Source: Lingula anatina (taxonomy: Eukaryota; Animalia; Brachiopoda). Taken from it: 64,000 nt of DNA. The notes under the pieces were generated by a model, which worked only from the letters and a program-made list of their open reading frames with translations, had not been told where the DNA came from and did no database searches. Location: positions 4,278,001 to 4,342,000 of the forward strand of contig CM120646.1 of the NCBI GenBank assembly GCA_051362555.1. The letters run 5' to 3'. Numbering within the stretch: the stretch's first letter is position 1; each line of letters opens with the position of its first letter. Positions 29,500-43,502 of the stretch are shown in pieces. The translations under genes and the position numbers were made by a program.

Positions 29500-30254
29500 T
29501 TGTAAGCCGTTATTCTTACAACATGTGAATATTTTAAAGAAATAGTACAGCTAAAGAGGTAATTGACTTGGTAGAGAGGGGGAATAAACCCCCTGACCCC
29601 CCCTGTCCCATTTGCCTCTGTTTTGTATTAAGTACTACTATAGAAAGATATTCAAAAGTTTTATAAACAATCTGTGCATTTGCTGAAAAGCTTTCCCCTG
29701 TGCTATCTCCATACTCAGCAAGTAGGCTCAGCATGTAGATCAATTCTGGTAAATGATCATGAATTACTCTTATATGAAACAATATATCCAAATACAATTT
29801 GTGTAATCATGGTGGTTATTTATATCATAATTAAATATGTGTATCTATTAATTGGTGTATTGTTATATAGTTAGTTGTTCTGCCATTTGTTCCTTGAGTG
29901 TGTAGGTGTGTATCAATGAAATGCTATGTAATACCATATGGACTATCAACACTGCACAGAGTAAAGTCCCCACATAAGCTGGCCGTTATTTACAGTGCGG
30001 ACATTATGTAATAGGCCGTGCTGGCGCCCCTCTAGTAGCCTACAAACATGAACGTGCTATATAAACATCTACAGCCTCAGTGGGCACCTAGATCCACTAA
30101 AGACATACCCCACTGAGGACAGTAGCATTTTGGGTACTACTGCAGTAACTTAAAGTACATTAAGCTGGCTCTGCGTGTTTAAAAACAGCCTTTCACACGG
30201 TACTCACTGTAGCAGTAAAGAGAGTAGATCAGAGTACGGGGAGTAGGCTAGTGC

Positions 30255-30257
<3 letters not shown>

Positions 30258-30286
<29 letters not shown>
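30258..30286. repeat. (GA)n microsatellite
   Basis: Direct reading. Confidence 0.9.
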
Positions 30287-30290
<4 letters not shown>

Positions 30291-30315
30291 GGGGAAAGTG
30301 AGATAATATAATTAC

Positions 30316-30510
30316 CTAATCATTTACAAATGTCTGCTACATAACTTTCAAAGTTGCTTTCTGCCTGCACCGCCGTTTGTTTTATTTGCTCTGCCTTGCT
30401 CTGCTTCGTTAGGGCACTCGCCAGTGAGGGGTGCGCACGCAGGTCAAAAACTTCAAGTGACTTCCGTCGTTGTGGTCACTCCTTTTAAAAGACCGGTGTG
30501 ACGTGACAGA
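30316..30510 (-). promoter_or_regulatory. Probable non-coding first exon and promoter of the zinc-finger gene
   Basis: Minus-strand donor ag|gtaat at 30316. Locally CpG-rich, with ACTTCCG (ETS-like, ~30460), TGCGCACGCA (NRF1-like) and GTGACGT (CRE-like) motifs. Confidence 0.4.
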
Positions 30511-31534
30511 GAGTCCCCCATGACAGAGAATTCGGTCCCCGTTTTCTCGTTAAGATAAGCCTCGCACTAGGTTTTTACCCACCTTTATCAGGCTAGATCT
30601 TACCTCAAGTTACCTGTATAATTAAATGGAGGGTGCCGTGGACTGTCTGTTACACGGGCCCTCGATCAGTTTCGTCATAGCGGCAAAGCTTTTGCTCTCT
30701 GATAGGTGTCTTACATAATAGGCCCTACATTAGCACTGTGCAAATTAAAATGAATGGTGCAATACAATGCCTGCTTTATTATTTTATAGTGGATGGCGAG
30801 AAAGAAAACAAGCTCTCGCATATCTTTGGCCCAATGCCAGTGTTACAAAAACAAACGAATCCACAACCACAGCTCAAGAGCTAGATGAGTCACGTCTGAC
30901 CAGAATTTTTTTCTCGTCAAGGATAGAGTCAGGATAGCCTACTGTAAGCGCTTACCAAAAACTCATTATTATAACTACCGTACACAGGCCCTACATTTAT
31001 TTGGATAACAGATAAATCTTCAGTGTTCAGCAACTGAATAATTAAATTTACTCATGGCATCTTGCGGGTGACGGCATAATTATTGACCATAATTGCGCTT
31101 TTGGGGGAGCCTACAAATGGAAAAATCGGTTTCTCCAATTTCTTCTTTACCTTGGCACACACAAACACCGTTTCAACGCCAATTTGATGACACCATTTAG
31201 TAGTAAAAATATTGTAATTTTGAGCTGCAAATAGGGGGTGGTTCAGAAGCAAAAAAGGATGCTTATTTTTAAAGCAGCCAGCAAAAAGTATAAGACGTGG
31301 GCTGATATTTTTAGCTACCCCATGATATGTCTTTGTTTATAAAAGTTGGATATATGATGACCTTCACTTGTAATAGGCCTACATATTGGTAATAGGCCTA
31401 TATGAATAGTAGGCCTATTGTAGGCCTACGCGTGTGTACCAAAGCCAGCCATGCAATAAATTGATTTTGTTATTACTGTCGTGTTTTAAATAATATTCTT
31501 CCAAGCGGAGATGGAACCCATTCTGATGAAACAG

Positions 31535-32934
31535 CCCGGGAGCCACCGGTCTGCCGCTAGGTGGCTTTTAACCAAACCGGAAGTTCTAGAATTTGAATTG
31601 CGTGCATTTTTTTTGAGATTTATAGGGTGTCAGAAACGGTAGAATATCTCGACTACTAAGGGTATGAGAGTTTTGTTATGTATACTGTCATCTTTAGAAA
31701 TAAATTTCAAATGATATGAGATGTTCCTCGAGTTGATCTAAACCCTACTTAGTGTTCAAAAGTGAATTTGAAATCGAAGTTTTACCAAAGCTGTCACGGG
31801 AGTTCAACTTTACCTCTAATGCTTGCATTCTTAGAGAACAGGTTCCAACTTCAAATTATCAGTAAGTTGTGGCAAATTTATTCAGCTTTCTGTCAATATA
31901 AGCATGTAAGGAACTTTACCGTTATCCAGGAATGGCACAAATCAATCCACACCCGTGTACGTAAAAAAAAATCGTACTTGCAACAACCGTAAGCCAGCCT
32001 CGTTTTGACTTAGTACATTCTTGTTGTAATCTAACCTCGTTTTGAATTCCCCACCCGCACAATATTGTCTATATAGAGAAGAGAAGCTTTCACAGGAAGA
32101 ATGGAGGGAATGAAAATATAAACATTTCATTTTTTTTTTGTAAATGAGCATTTATCTATTACATGAGGCCACCCGCTGCCAGTTTATTTTTATTGAAAGA
32201 CTAATAAAAACATAACAAACAAGACTTTTTTTATCAATTGAATTTGCTTTTTTTTTTTTTTACATATGAACAACTATATAACATTTAAAACATAATATCA
32301 TCAACAAAAATATCAATATTGTGACAGCCAACAGGGATTAAAGCTGATGCAAATATACATGTATATTTGTGGCAAAAATTATTTTTTACTTTAGCAACAC
32401 ATTGATATGGCAATTTTTTTTACACTTCTTGATCATAACATACAGTTATAGCCACAGGACGCACTACTCCTTTTAAAAATAGGATCAATATAAACAATTT
32501 TTATAATTTTATAAATTTACCTGGGATCAGCAATTTATTTCACTGATACCAGTTAGTCCTGTACCAGTCTATATTTTTATTTGAATTTATTTTTGTATGT
32601 GTCATAGTGGTGATTTCACAGCCATACTTCATTTAAAAACTTCCACATTAAATGATATTACATGAATCTGTTAATGTATTTTATTCATTAGAAAGAACTG
32701 TAACCAAGTTTTAAAAGAATGTTTGCAGTTTTAAAAGGATTAAATAACTTTATTTATGGCTTCATGATAGGTGCTTGAGCTTCTGTCATAATTGCCAAGG
32801 AATGGCAAAATGATTAATCCTGGTCCCTTTCATGTTCTTCAAGCCTAGAAAAATATTACATTAAAACATTAAAAAGATTTAAAAAGTAACATTCAAAAAC
32901 ACTTTTCTAACTGCATAGATCATTACACACACAC

Positions 32935-32967
<33 letters not shown>

Positions 32968-34904
32968 CACTAAAATCAGTATAAGTAATAAACCACAATC
33001 TTGATAATAGGGAAGCTGGTATCAATCGAATTATCTAAAATAGTAATCTAAATGTGTATCAATATTGATCAATGAGCTCATCATCAAGAGCTGAGCAGTG
33101 GCAAACATGCAAAACTTCAAATCAATTAAATTCCCATTTAAATGAAGCTCTGAAGTCTACAAACTACAGTGTTCACAACTATAATACACTAATTATTGTA
33201 CTGGTATACAATATTTATAAATTAAAACAAAGGAGGAATTTTGTTAATATAATGTTCTTTTTTTCATGAAACATTTTCCCTCACATACTTATAACCCATG
33301 TGTTTGTGGGAGATTTTAAACAAAAATAAACTGTTCCTTCTAACAAAAATTTGCCTATGATATGGCTATCACAATTTGAAACCATATACACAATGTTTTA
33401 GCACTTATGATGCACAGTATGCACGTATGTATTGCAAATGGTCAACAAATGGGGGTAAAAAATGTAATAAAACTTATTTTGACTAACAAGTTTTCCCCCA
33501 TATTGATATCGTACATTTGTACCCTGCCAAAGGAGCAAACATGTTAAAAGTCAAATTTTGTTATTCGTATTTTTGAAAAGATGCTGCAGCTTGTGGTTGG
33601 TTTTCAGTTTTGTATCACCCCATTCTCATAGATTAGATCGACCTACATTGGATCGACCTAACTCCCTGGGGGTTCACGCTAAATAGCTGTCAGCCGGGCG
33701 GACACGAAAGTTAATTACCCCTTAAAGCTTGTAGTAGGCGGGGACGGACACTTAAGGGGGATTATCTGACAGTAATCTAGTGAGACTCCCCGCGGTGATA
33801 GATCGATCTAAAAGTTGTGAGAACAGAGCCTATCTTTCACAACTATAATTTTCAAGCATGTGTGGCCCCACACTCACCCCATGCACACACATGCAGGGCA
33901 GATAACACTGCTTTTCACTAAATACTAAATAACTGATAAATATTCTTTATCAGTTTATACACTCCTTTTTCATGGAAATTTCAAAATATCACATTTTTTT
34001 TTCATCTTACTTAAATCAAAATGCAAAGAAATAGCATGAAAAGGAATATGCAGAATATCTAAAAAATGGCTTTCATATCCTCAAAAGTGACCTATCCCCC
34101 TCTCATAATATATCTATCTATACAGAATCAAGTAAACAACATGTCATTTTGCGAGCCATTTCTATTAATAAACATCAAAGCACAAAAAAAAAGCATAACA
34201 AGGCAAATACTCAATATTTTATTGTGACATTCATACAAGACATGAGGCAAGACTGCCCCCACATTCACTCTACTGTGATCGCCCCAACCACACACACTGT
34301 CATTTCATGAAGTATTTAATCTAGTTAACTTCAAAACACAAAAAAATTGCATGAAAATGCAAAAATTCAATATTAAACTTCGACATTCATTCAAGATGTA
34401 ACACAAGACTGCCCATGTAGTTACACTGAACATTGCAAAATATACTACCTGTCGGAAATGTAGAAAATCAATAAGTTACAGGTTAGGTTCCTACCTAAAT
34501 TTTTTACCTGTCCAAAATCAAATGTCAAACTATTTAAAAAACTGAACAGATAAAGAAAAATCACTGTTATCTGCATTTGGCACAATTCAAAAGAACGTGT
34601 TTACATTTGGGTTCTGTGTGCCGCCATTTTGGAACACGACAGTAACTTGATAGAAGATTCAGTGAAACCGATACTTAAACACTACTTTGGTATATAAAAC
34701 ATAGCTTGAGAATATACTTTATCGTTCTGTCAAGTGCATTAGTAAAATTATCAACATATCAGCGTATAAACGTATGTTCATCTTACCTGTCTCTATGCCT
34801 GCTTCTCCCGCCATATCTGAGTAGGCCGCCGCTTCAGGTTTTGAAAACGAGGCCAAATCTAAAGTTCTCCAAAATAACCGTCATATGAGCCGGTGGCTCC
34901 CGGG
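31535..34904. mobile_element. 3.4-kb non-autonomous/decayed TIR DNA transposon with 3-bp TSD
   Basis: Perfect 15-bp TIRs CCCGGGAGCCACCGG / CCGGTGGCTCCCGGG with CAG on both sides. No intact transposase ORF. Superfamily unresolved (CMC-EnSpm or PIF/Harbinger). Confidence 0.85.
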
Positions 34905-35016
34905 CAGAAAATTGTTACGAACTTTTGTCTCGTGTCGCGTCTCAGGTTAAGTATAGGCCTATAGAGAGTACTAATGTAAATTTTTTTGGAAGTTTTGACG
35001 TGGTAAATCAAATGCA

Positions 35017-35047
<31 letters not shown>

Positions 35048-36649
35048 ATTATTAGAAGCAGAAATATTTAAAGTAGGCCTATAAGTTTTTGAGCTGAATC
35101 AAGACCAGGAGCAAGTGCCTTGTTTTACCGCTTTAAAAAGATGATTTTTAGGTGTAAAATGCCGTGGGCTGATATCTTTAGCTGATCCCATGATATATCT
35201 CTGTTTATAAAAGTTGTATATATAATGTCTTACACATGATATACATTCACATACTTGCAATAGGCCTATGTGAATATAGTAGGCCTATTGTATTCACCGC
35301 GCACTACACCCAAGCGGACTGTGCCACCCATGCAATAAATTGATTTCTATTTTACTGTCGTATCTTTAATAATATTCTCCCGAGCGGAGATGGAAGCCAT
35401 TTTGATAGAAATGCCATAGCGATTTTATTTATGCATGCGTTAGATAAGTTTGGGGGTCAGCTTTCATCGGCAACAGACAACAATCAAGAGTGAATGGGTT
35501 TTATCAACTTAATTAATATCTAAAGGATCGAGGCTGGGAAGATCCGGAATGAGCGTTTCATGTTCATCTCTATCTCATTCTTATTTGTGGAAAATTAGAA
35601 GTGGAGGATATTCCGAATATTTGGGGATACATGTACCATCTGGAAAATACGGCCGCTGTTTGGGCGTGGTGGCCGAATAGAATAAAAAGGGGAGCGGGTT
35701 GATACCGCAACGCACATACGTTTCTGAACACCAGAGGTTACAACACGTACCACTGACCTAGCAGCCACTATTATCATCATTGAATACTGCAGAGAAGGTC
35801 TTCACTTGAATAAAATAATTTCGTAGTGAGAAAACAGCGACTGGACCTTGCGTTATTCATTCGACAAACCATATCACCGAGAAGAAGGAAAACATCGGTG
35901 ATATCTGTGGCGGAGACCTGGAAAGAGCCACAAGTACACCTGTCATCTGGTGGGGACCTCCGGCAGCCAACACGAGAGCTAGCAAAGCAATGATGTCACC
36001 GAGTGCTCCATTGTCTTCTCTACCATTTGCCATAGACAGTAACAGCGATACGGCGCTGCCCAGAAAAAAGACAAGAGACTGTAAAATCGTACATATATTA
36101 TCTAAAATTTTGAAATGACATGGATGGTAAAACTGAACTTTTATTAATCATCGTATGTGCGATTAGACTGTTTATTATATTTATACCGAGGGAAATTGGT
36201 TGTCTCTTGGCAAACAAAATTTAAACTTTATGTATATTTATATAAAGGACGATGACGCGGTGTCAAAGTTCACGGAACTCGACCTGGGCGTATACGAACT
36301 GGAAGAGGCAAAGAAAAAATATCTATCGATAACTTAAAAGACAAACAATTAATTATCTTTTACATAATATCATATTGGACCCAGATGGGATCTAAAACAG
36401 TTACAGATGTTATGCTGATTATTTAAAAGCTTCGATATAGGCGAGTGAGTTTAAGCCTTTTGTTTAATGAGTCTAATTTTATCAGTGACATGTAATGGGC
36501 TCTCGTTTTATTGAACACTAAAATTATAGTTGGTTAAATGTGAATGTATTTGTCATTCTCGGTGACATAGAGAAGAATGTGTGCCTATTGTTTTGTGTGA
36601 CTTAAAGCTTCAAACATTCACTTGTTTTCGTGGCAAGAAAAAAGACATT

Positions 36650-37165
36650 ATTAAGAGTATACATAGATAGTCTCAAAATCTTTTTTTTCAGAGACGAGGA
36701 AAAATGGGAGACCGCCATTCAAATTCGATTTTAAAAAAGAAAGCAATAGCTATCAATATCAAATACTATCAATAACAGGCGTCGTTTGACATAGAGTATA
36801 TAGAGTGTATAGAAATACCCCAGCATGACAAAAAACTGAGTTTAGAACACGAGCACCGCTTCCTCAATAGCATCAGCGTGTGGAGCCAAAACGTATTATA
36901 TCAAATGGCAATCCTAGGCTAGCCGTGCAGCAGTTTTTAGATATCTTATTTTGTAAAGCTCCAGACAGATAAGTTTGCCTGGGTCACTAAAATAGAAAAA
37001 GTACCGAAAACTAAATTAAATGGAGACGAGGGAGAAGATGAAGAAGCATTAACAAAAATAATATTTATCAAAACTTAGCCGTAGATTTAACGATTATTTA
37101 ATGGAATTGCCTGTCTTAGGTTTCAATAGCGGGCATTACGATCTTAACACCATAAAAACGTTTTT
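36650..37165 (+). mobile_element. Relic of a Polinton/Maverick (adintovirus-like) protein-primed DNA polymerase B
   Basis: 37083-37160 translates RFNDYLMELPVLGFNSGHYDLNTIKTF, resembling the exonuclease-II motif region of Polinton pPolB. Upstream sequence is frameshifted and decayed. Confidence 0.55.
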
Positions 37166-37880
37166 TTTTTCTGTGGTTGTTGGACACGTTGCAGGCCCAT
37201 AGCCAGAGGGGGTTCCGGGGGGTTCGAAAGAACCACCCTTTTGTCAGGAAAAGGTCAAAAATTGATCTAGGTGCACAAAAGTTTCATTGTAAAAGGTCCA
37301 AATTTGTCGTAAAATGCAACAGTAATGTAACACCAGTACCATGCTTTTGTCTCGTCTTGTCCAAAGGTCAGTGAAGTTTCGGGTTGGGCGCCGAGCGTAA
37401 ATTGAAAGGATATACATGTATAAACCCGAAAAATCTATTAAAAAATAAACGATATTACACTCAATAAAATGTCTTATTTAGAAAGTTGAAGAACAATAAA
37501 TCATTTCACAATCATAAGTAACACAGTCCACGTTTCTTTACTGTCTCTTCAAATATACGAAATTGGGAATATTTGGACGATTATATTTTCCTAGATATTG
37601 AGCTCAGAATATCCACGTTCTGAATGCTGCCTGACAAATAATCCACTGCTACCTCACGACAGATCAGCAGTATAAGCCGTGCATTATGAATAGTTGCGTG
37701 CGTAAGAACTGGTAAACAAAGCACTTATCAACTAGGCAATAGACAAAAATTTTCTAAACACGCATCTCACCTACTTCACACACCGAGTTGGAAGATCATA
37801 ATCACAGGCAATTGGCACTTATGGAACGTCTTAACAAAGGAATACGCTGAACTGCAGCGGTAAATTTTGTACTACAGTAA

Positions 37881-38092
37881 GGGCCCCTTTACACTGGACG
37901 GCGTTCTTTCTGCGTCCAGCAGTACGGACCCATTCGAGAGTTAAAAAATTATAATACTTTACGTGTCGACAACTGGCCGATCATTGAGCATTCATTCTGA
38001 TACAAAATCAATGCTCCTGTCTCCTTATTAAGACCACAGCGATGCTAAATTTCATGGTCGCAGAAAGGACGCCGTCCAGTGTAAAGGGGGTA
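37881..38092. mobile_element. PIF/Harbinger-like MITE
   Basis: TIRs cccctttacactggacggcg / cgccgtccagtgtaaagggg flanked by TAA on each side. Confidence 0.8.
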
Positions 38093-38432
38093 TAAGGAAG
38101 TAGGTTGTTAAGCTCTGGGTAATTGGAGAATTTCGTGTGCTCCTCAGTTGATAATGACACTGTGTACTACTTCTTTCTCATACACGTTCGTTCTAAATTC
38201 ACCATTTCGGTTATAATTACGACGTCAATGCGCGAAGGTTATTTTGGCTTGAATAGCATATTATCACTCCGAGTATTTTTGTGCAAGCTGCAGCAGGTAT
38301 CTAAATACTTTTTTTCCAATATCGTTTGTGAGATGTATGATGTGTTCATGCCCTTAATGTAGTATATCTTTAAGTTACGTTTTTAAAACTTAATGCTGAC
38401 ATTTGGTCGAGTTTAGGTCTAGTGCCAAAGTA

Positions 38433-40095
38433 CAGGGTTGCAACTTAATATGGAATATTTTTTATCATTGTTATTTTTGAGTACTGATTAATTTTTTTTT
38501 TTTGGCTTGAGTCATTAAAAAAGTATGCCACTGAGTAATAAAAACATCCAGTCTTCTGTTGTGAGATATTTTGGTCAATGATATCAAATCTGACATAAGA
38601 TGCCATTCAAAAGTAAGGAACACCCCCAGAAAACCTTATCAACAGTTTGATGTCAGTATTAACTTTAAGCTAAGGTATTAAAGTAAATGATAGCCTCCGG
38701 ACAGTGATATGTTACACAGTCAAAGAACTCACTAGTGTAAATCATGAAAAGTCAGTAATTGCGGGCATGACCTCCAGCAGCCGCTTGCAGCGCCCTCATC
38801 CTACATGGCATACTCTGTAACACGTTTTTTAGAGTTTGGATGAGGATATCATTCCACGCAGTGATATTTGCCTGTCGCAGTTCATCACTATTTACCGGCC
38901 GATGACCATAGCTATTAATTCTGTGAGTACCTTTTGCCCAAAGATTTTCAATTGGGTTCATATCTGGAGAGTTTGCAGGCCAGGGCAGTTCCTGAACACA
39001 TTGGTTTTGAAGAAAAACAGTGATTCTGCGGCCTCGATGTGGGTTGAGCAGTCGTCTTGGTACACAAAGTTGTTCCCGAAGATGGCTCTTACCAATCGAA
39101 GCATCGTTTGCTGTAGAATGTCTCTGTAGGAATCCTGGCTGAGGTTGCCTCTTAGAAAAACCAACTGGTTCTGGGCACCGACATGAAATGCTCCCCAAAC
39201 AGAGACGTTACAATCCCCTGCTTGCACCCTAGGCAGTACACAATCATCGTTTTATGCCCCTCGTACACGTCGGTGGACACAGATTCGACCATCAACCCTA
39301 AAAAAATCCATATCTGGCCTCATCATTGAAAACGACGTGATTCCAGTGTTTTGGCTGCAAACGCACGTGGTCCCCAGCCCATTGCAGACGTCGCTGTATA
39401 TGACCTGCTGCTAACAGTGGTTTCCCAACTGGCCTTCGTGCAAAATGACCGGCTTGCAGTAATCTCTTGTTCACGATTGACCTTGAAACGGGCGTTTGAA
39501 TGACAATCTGCCTCTCTTTCCTGAGGACACTGGTTGTCTTTGTACGGCCAGCACGGCGTCCTTTAAGGAGAAGGCGATCTTGTCTTCTTGGTGTGATACG
39601 CGGACACCCTGGTCAAGGTATTGGAGTAGGTGCCCCTGTTGCATCATTTCTTTGGAGGACTTTACAAACGGTTCCTGAAAAATGTTGAATTACCTGGCAA
39701 TGGCTGTCCGTTTCTGGACATTTTCTCTGAGAGCAAGAGTTCCAAAGTAAGCTGTGTTGCTTAGCTGTCGAACCATATCTTCAATAAGGTACCTGTCAAG
39801 TTTCAGAGCGATCCCTTTGTTGCTCCTCTAAACACACTCCAAAGATTGACCAAACCCATGCGTTTTTATACAAGGGCAAAAATTGCCGAAATGACCACCC
39901 CTCACATTTCTGACCACAGAACATGCAACTGCATGCATCAATTGTTTCGAGAGTTGTGTGGTAATAAGGTAACACACCTGGCTACACATGGAGTGACACC
40001 TCAGCTTTGGATTTAAAGTAGTTAGATAGAAATTAAATACTTTGTAGAAAATGTACTCGCCAAAAAATAATATTCCATATTAAGTGGTAACCCTG
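38433..40095 (-). mobile_element. Full-length but inactive Tc1/mariner element (~1.66 kb)
   Basis: TIRs cagggttgcaacttaatatggaatatt / aatattccatattaagtggtaaccctg with TA TSD. Confidence 0.93.
38752..39776 (-). pseudogene. Tc1 DD34E-type transposase pseudogene
   Basis: Motifs VVFNDE, VSVWGAF, YQDD and WPANSPDMNPIENLW lie in different frames, with stops and frameshifts. Confidence 0.9.
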
Positions 40096-40799
40096 TATTC
40101 GTGCCAAAGTTTTGACTTCATATATAACTTAAATGGTTCAAGATTTGTAACGATATACATGTTTTATATGTCACAATTAAACCAGGGGCATCTATATAGT
40201 GGGGGAATAACAACTGGGGAATAACTGTGCAGGTAAATAGCGACTTCAGACAGTAACAATACGAAATGAATAGGGCCGGTAAGATGCGCGAAACTATAGG
40301 CCTACATACTGTAGTACATGTATACAACGAGTAGTACGTAAAACTGTAAATTTTAAATCAAAAACGAGACATACTAATGATGATGATGATGATAAATGAT
40401 ATATGCATGTCGTATGTCATATGACAGTGTCGGGATGTGTCAGACTGTCAGAGAGAGTGCCTGGATCCTGTTGGGGCCAGCAGACGATTTTCATCTTTTC
40501 CATTAGAAAATTGCATTGTGGGAAGAAATGTAGCGTGTAGCATGTAGCGGTTTTAAGAACCTGGTTAATGGTCTTTTGTTAATTGGCTAGCGATGGTCAG
40601 AGAAAGAGAAAACTTCCGACAATTTGTACTTTCACGCAGCTTAATGACACGCGTATCACGAGCTTGACAAAGTAGTAAATGCAGTACATGTACATGCACT
40701 TCTACACTTATTTCTCGGAAACCATTTACATGTTAGTTCTCTCGTGTTAAAAATACTGTTTGTATGCAGAAGAATTGTCTTGTGCACATCAAGCTTAAG

Positions 40800-42167
40800 A
40801 TGGCCACAGAATCCCGGGAAGACTTTGGATTGAATGTTTCACAAGAGTTAATGCCGACTGCAAATGAAACAAAGGTTGACTCCTTTTCTTGCGTAAGTCT
40901 TCATTGCTTACCTCTTATTGTTTTCGATGCAATTTTGGCCGTTGCTGTAACGGGAGCAAATGGCCTTGTTATACTTGCCTTCGCGAAGTGTAAAGAACTA
41001 CGCGACAAGTCAAATTTTACAATCGCAAGCCTTGCCGTAGTCGGCTTTCTTACTGGAATTACTTGTATTCCGTTTAACATAGTTGCAACACTTGTGATGA
41101 AGGACCTCTCTGACAAATACCTTTGTCTTTTAAAACTATACATGACCAAGTTGGTTTCTGTGGATCACCAGTTGTTCATTGCATTTGACAGATACATGAA
41201 AATCTGTCGATATGCACGATATGTGACAATGGTAACAACAAAGAAGATCATCGCAGTAATTGCTCTCTGTTGGCTTTATCCGATGTGTCTTTTTCTCCTG
41301 CCATTTATGGGTTGGAATAGATGGACTCCGACTGTGGAATGCACGGCCCGCTATGTCCAACAGGAATTCTTGACCACAATGATAGTAATGCATTACCCAT
41401 TATTTTGTATATTAGCCTTTGGGTTTTATGCTGCCATTATTCTATACGTTAGGCGACAGAAGATGACAGTTAATGCCTATAATATCAACAAAAATAAACA
41501 AAAGTGCGCTGACATGGAACAGATGAGAGACAATCAGATTACCGAGAAAAATGACACGAACAAGATCGAATCACACCCGTCAACAGCCGGCGAACCACAG
41601 CCGTCAACATCGAGAGGATGTGATCTTTCAACCAAACCGAATGCGTTATATTTTAAAAATCAAATAGCCGTAGAGGAAATAGAGGAAGTGCCACCATCGG
41701 GGATTAAATATAAGGGGAAAGGCAAAGGACGAGGGAAGTGCTCGAAACCAGCTTCTAAAGTTGCTTGACCTTCGCCTAAGTTCCAACCGCAAAGTTCCCA
41801 AGAAACTTGTCGGGCAGAACAAGGCCAGCAGAAAAAACAAACAAAAAACATTCAAACAAACACACAAACAAACAAACAAACAAAAAACAAACAAAGACAT
41901 GAACTCGATTTGAAAGTATCGAAGATGACAGCAATTACTTTAGTAGCGTTCCTAGCCGTTTATCTTCCTACCATAGTACTTTCTCTTAGTAGAAACCTTT
42001 TCGAAAACATCACTGATATCTTGAACATTTCATCTAACATAAGTCTCAAGATTGCAATGGCAAGTTCAGTAATTAATCCAATTGTATATGGGATATTGAA
42101 TAGGCGGTTTAGAGCGGCATTTCTTGATATTTTTAAATGTAGACGTAGCGTTCAGCTACATGAATAA
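40800..42167 (+). pseudogene. Intronless class A (rhodopsin-like) GPCR with a single in-frame TGA in intracellular loop 3
   Basis: TM1 GAN, TM3 DRY, TM4 W..P, TM5 in ORF 40764-41768. TM6 and TM7 NPIVY plus helix 8 FR..F in 41910-42167, same frame. Only TGA 41766-41768 separates them. Confidence 0.8.
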
Positions 42168-43230
42168 CATAGCGTTCATCAAGTAATAATTAAACAGTAA
42201 TTCAAACCGTAATTCAAAAGTTAAGTGGAATCAGGTGTTCAGAACTGAGTATAAACATATAGTAGAACTTTTACAAAATTTTTTTTTTTCAATTTTCTAA
42301 ATATAAAAATAATGAATAAAAAAGGATGGTCGTTGTAACACGCCTCGTCCTGTCTCCACCGTACTCGTATAATCACCAGCTTTTCTGTATTCTTCTCAGT
42401 GCCAGGAGGAGGCGTGTTGATCTGTTAAACTGATTGCATTCAGCGAGAGTCAGTGCCAGGTTAGATCGATTTGCGCAGAATGAACCTTACAGTAAGCGCT
42501 GTGGTCACATATGCTACATAGGCCTTTGAATATTTATGAGGATACTATACTGCAGGTATTAAATACATGTAACACACTTAATATAAGGTTTCGGAGCCTT
42601 CAACATTTACGTTAGCTAAAGAACTAAGTTGTGCAAGGTCCAGCAATGAAACTTATCAGTCCAGCGTCTCGGCACAGTAAATGTGTTTTTAAGTGCACCG
42701 AATCACATGACCATATGGTCAGAGGTACTGTTGAATCACGTGATTGAGAGACTATATCGAGTAGCAACTTCAAGGGAGGGACAGCCGATAGCAGTAGGCA
42801 AAATGTATAACGGACATAATGTATAGCAGATAGCATAGAATGTAATCTTAATGTACTTTATACTATTAGTACACAGTATGTAGTTTAAAATGTTTATTGT
42901 TACATTTATTTTTCTTATTTACCGTATAGGCCTATATATATTTCACTTTTTATTTATTTGATTTTAGAATTGTACAAACAAAAAATGAAGCAGAGAAAGA
43001 AAAGTAACGTATCACGGTGTCAACTTGTAACAAATTGTGCTGTACATGTATACACACCCATACTATACCGCTTATCGTAAATAAAGGACATTTGTATGCA
43101 TAACGTTGTCTACAGTGTTGTGAAATGAGATAACGCCTTACGCCATACAGTGAACGTGGACGGTGTTCAATAACGCCATGCAACCCTACAGGTATAAAAA
43201 TGATAGTAGTGTGTCAAAACTCCAATTTTT

Positions 43231-43502
43231 CATGAAGGTTCCATTGGGAGGGGGGAGGGATCACAGTTTACGGGAAATAAAATCATCATTTTACAAATCA
43301 CAGGATAAAATTATATTCATAAAAACACGAATCATCCTTAAAATCGCGAATCAACGGGTATAATTACTTCGATTCACGAAAAACCGCATTCATGAGGTAT
43401 AAGGGGGGGTGCTTCACGAATCACGCTAGATAATGCGCATCTCGGGAAATAAAAAGTAGCTTTCACGGATAACGGAAATACCCAGTGGGACCCTCTTTCA
43501 TG
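43231..43502. mobile_element. Possible MITE
   Basis: Imperfect inverted ends catgaaggttccattggg / cccagtgggaccctctttcatg; internal ttcacg(a/g)a repeats. Confidence 0.4.

Noticed and set aside
33620-33825. Possible nested MITE with tagatcga repeats
   Set aside because: Inverted ends too degenerate and no clear TSD.
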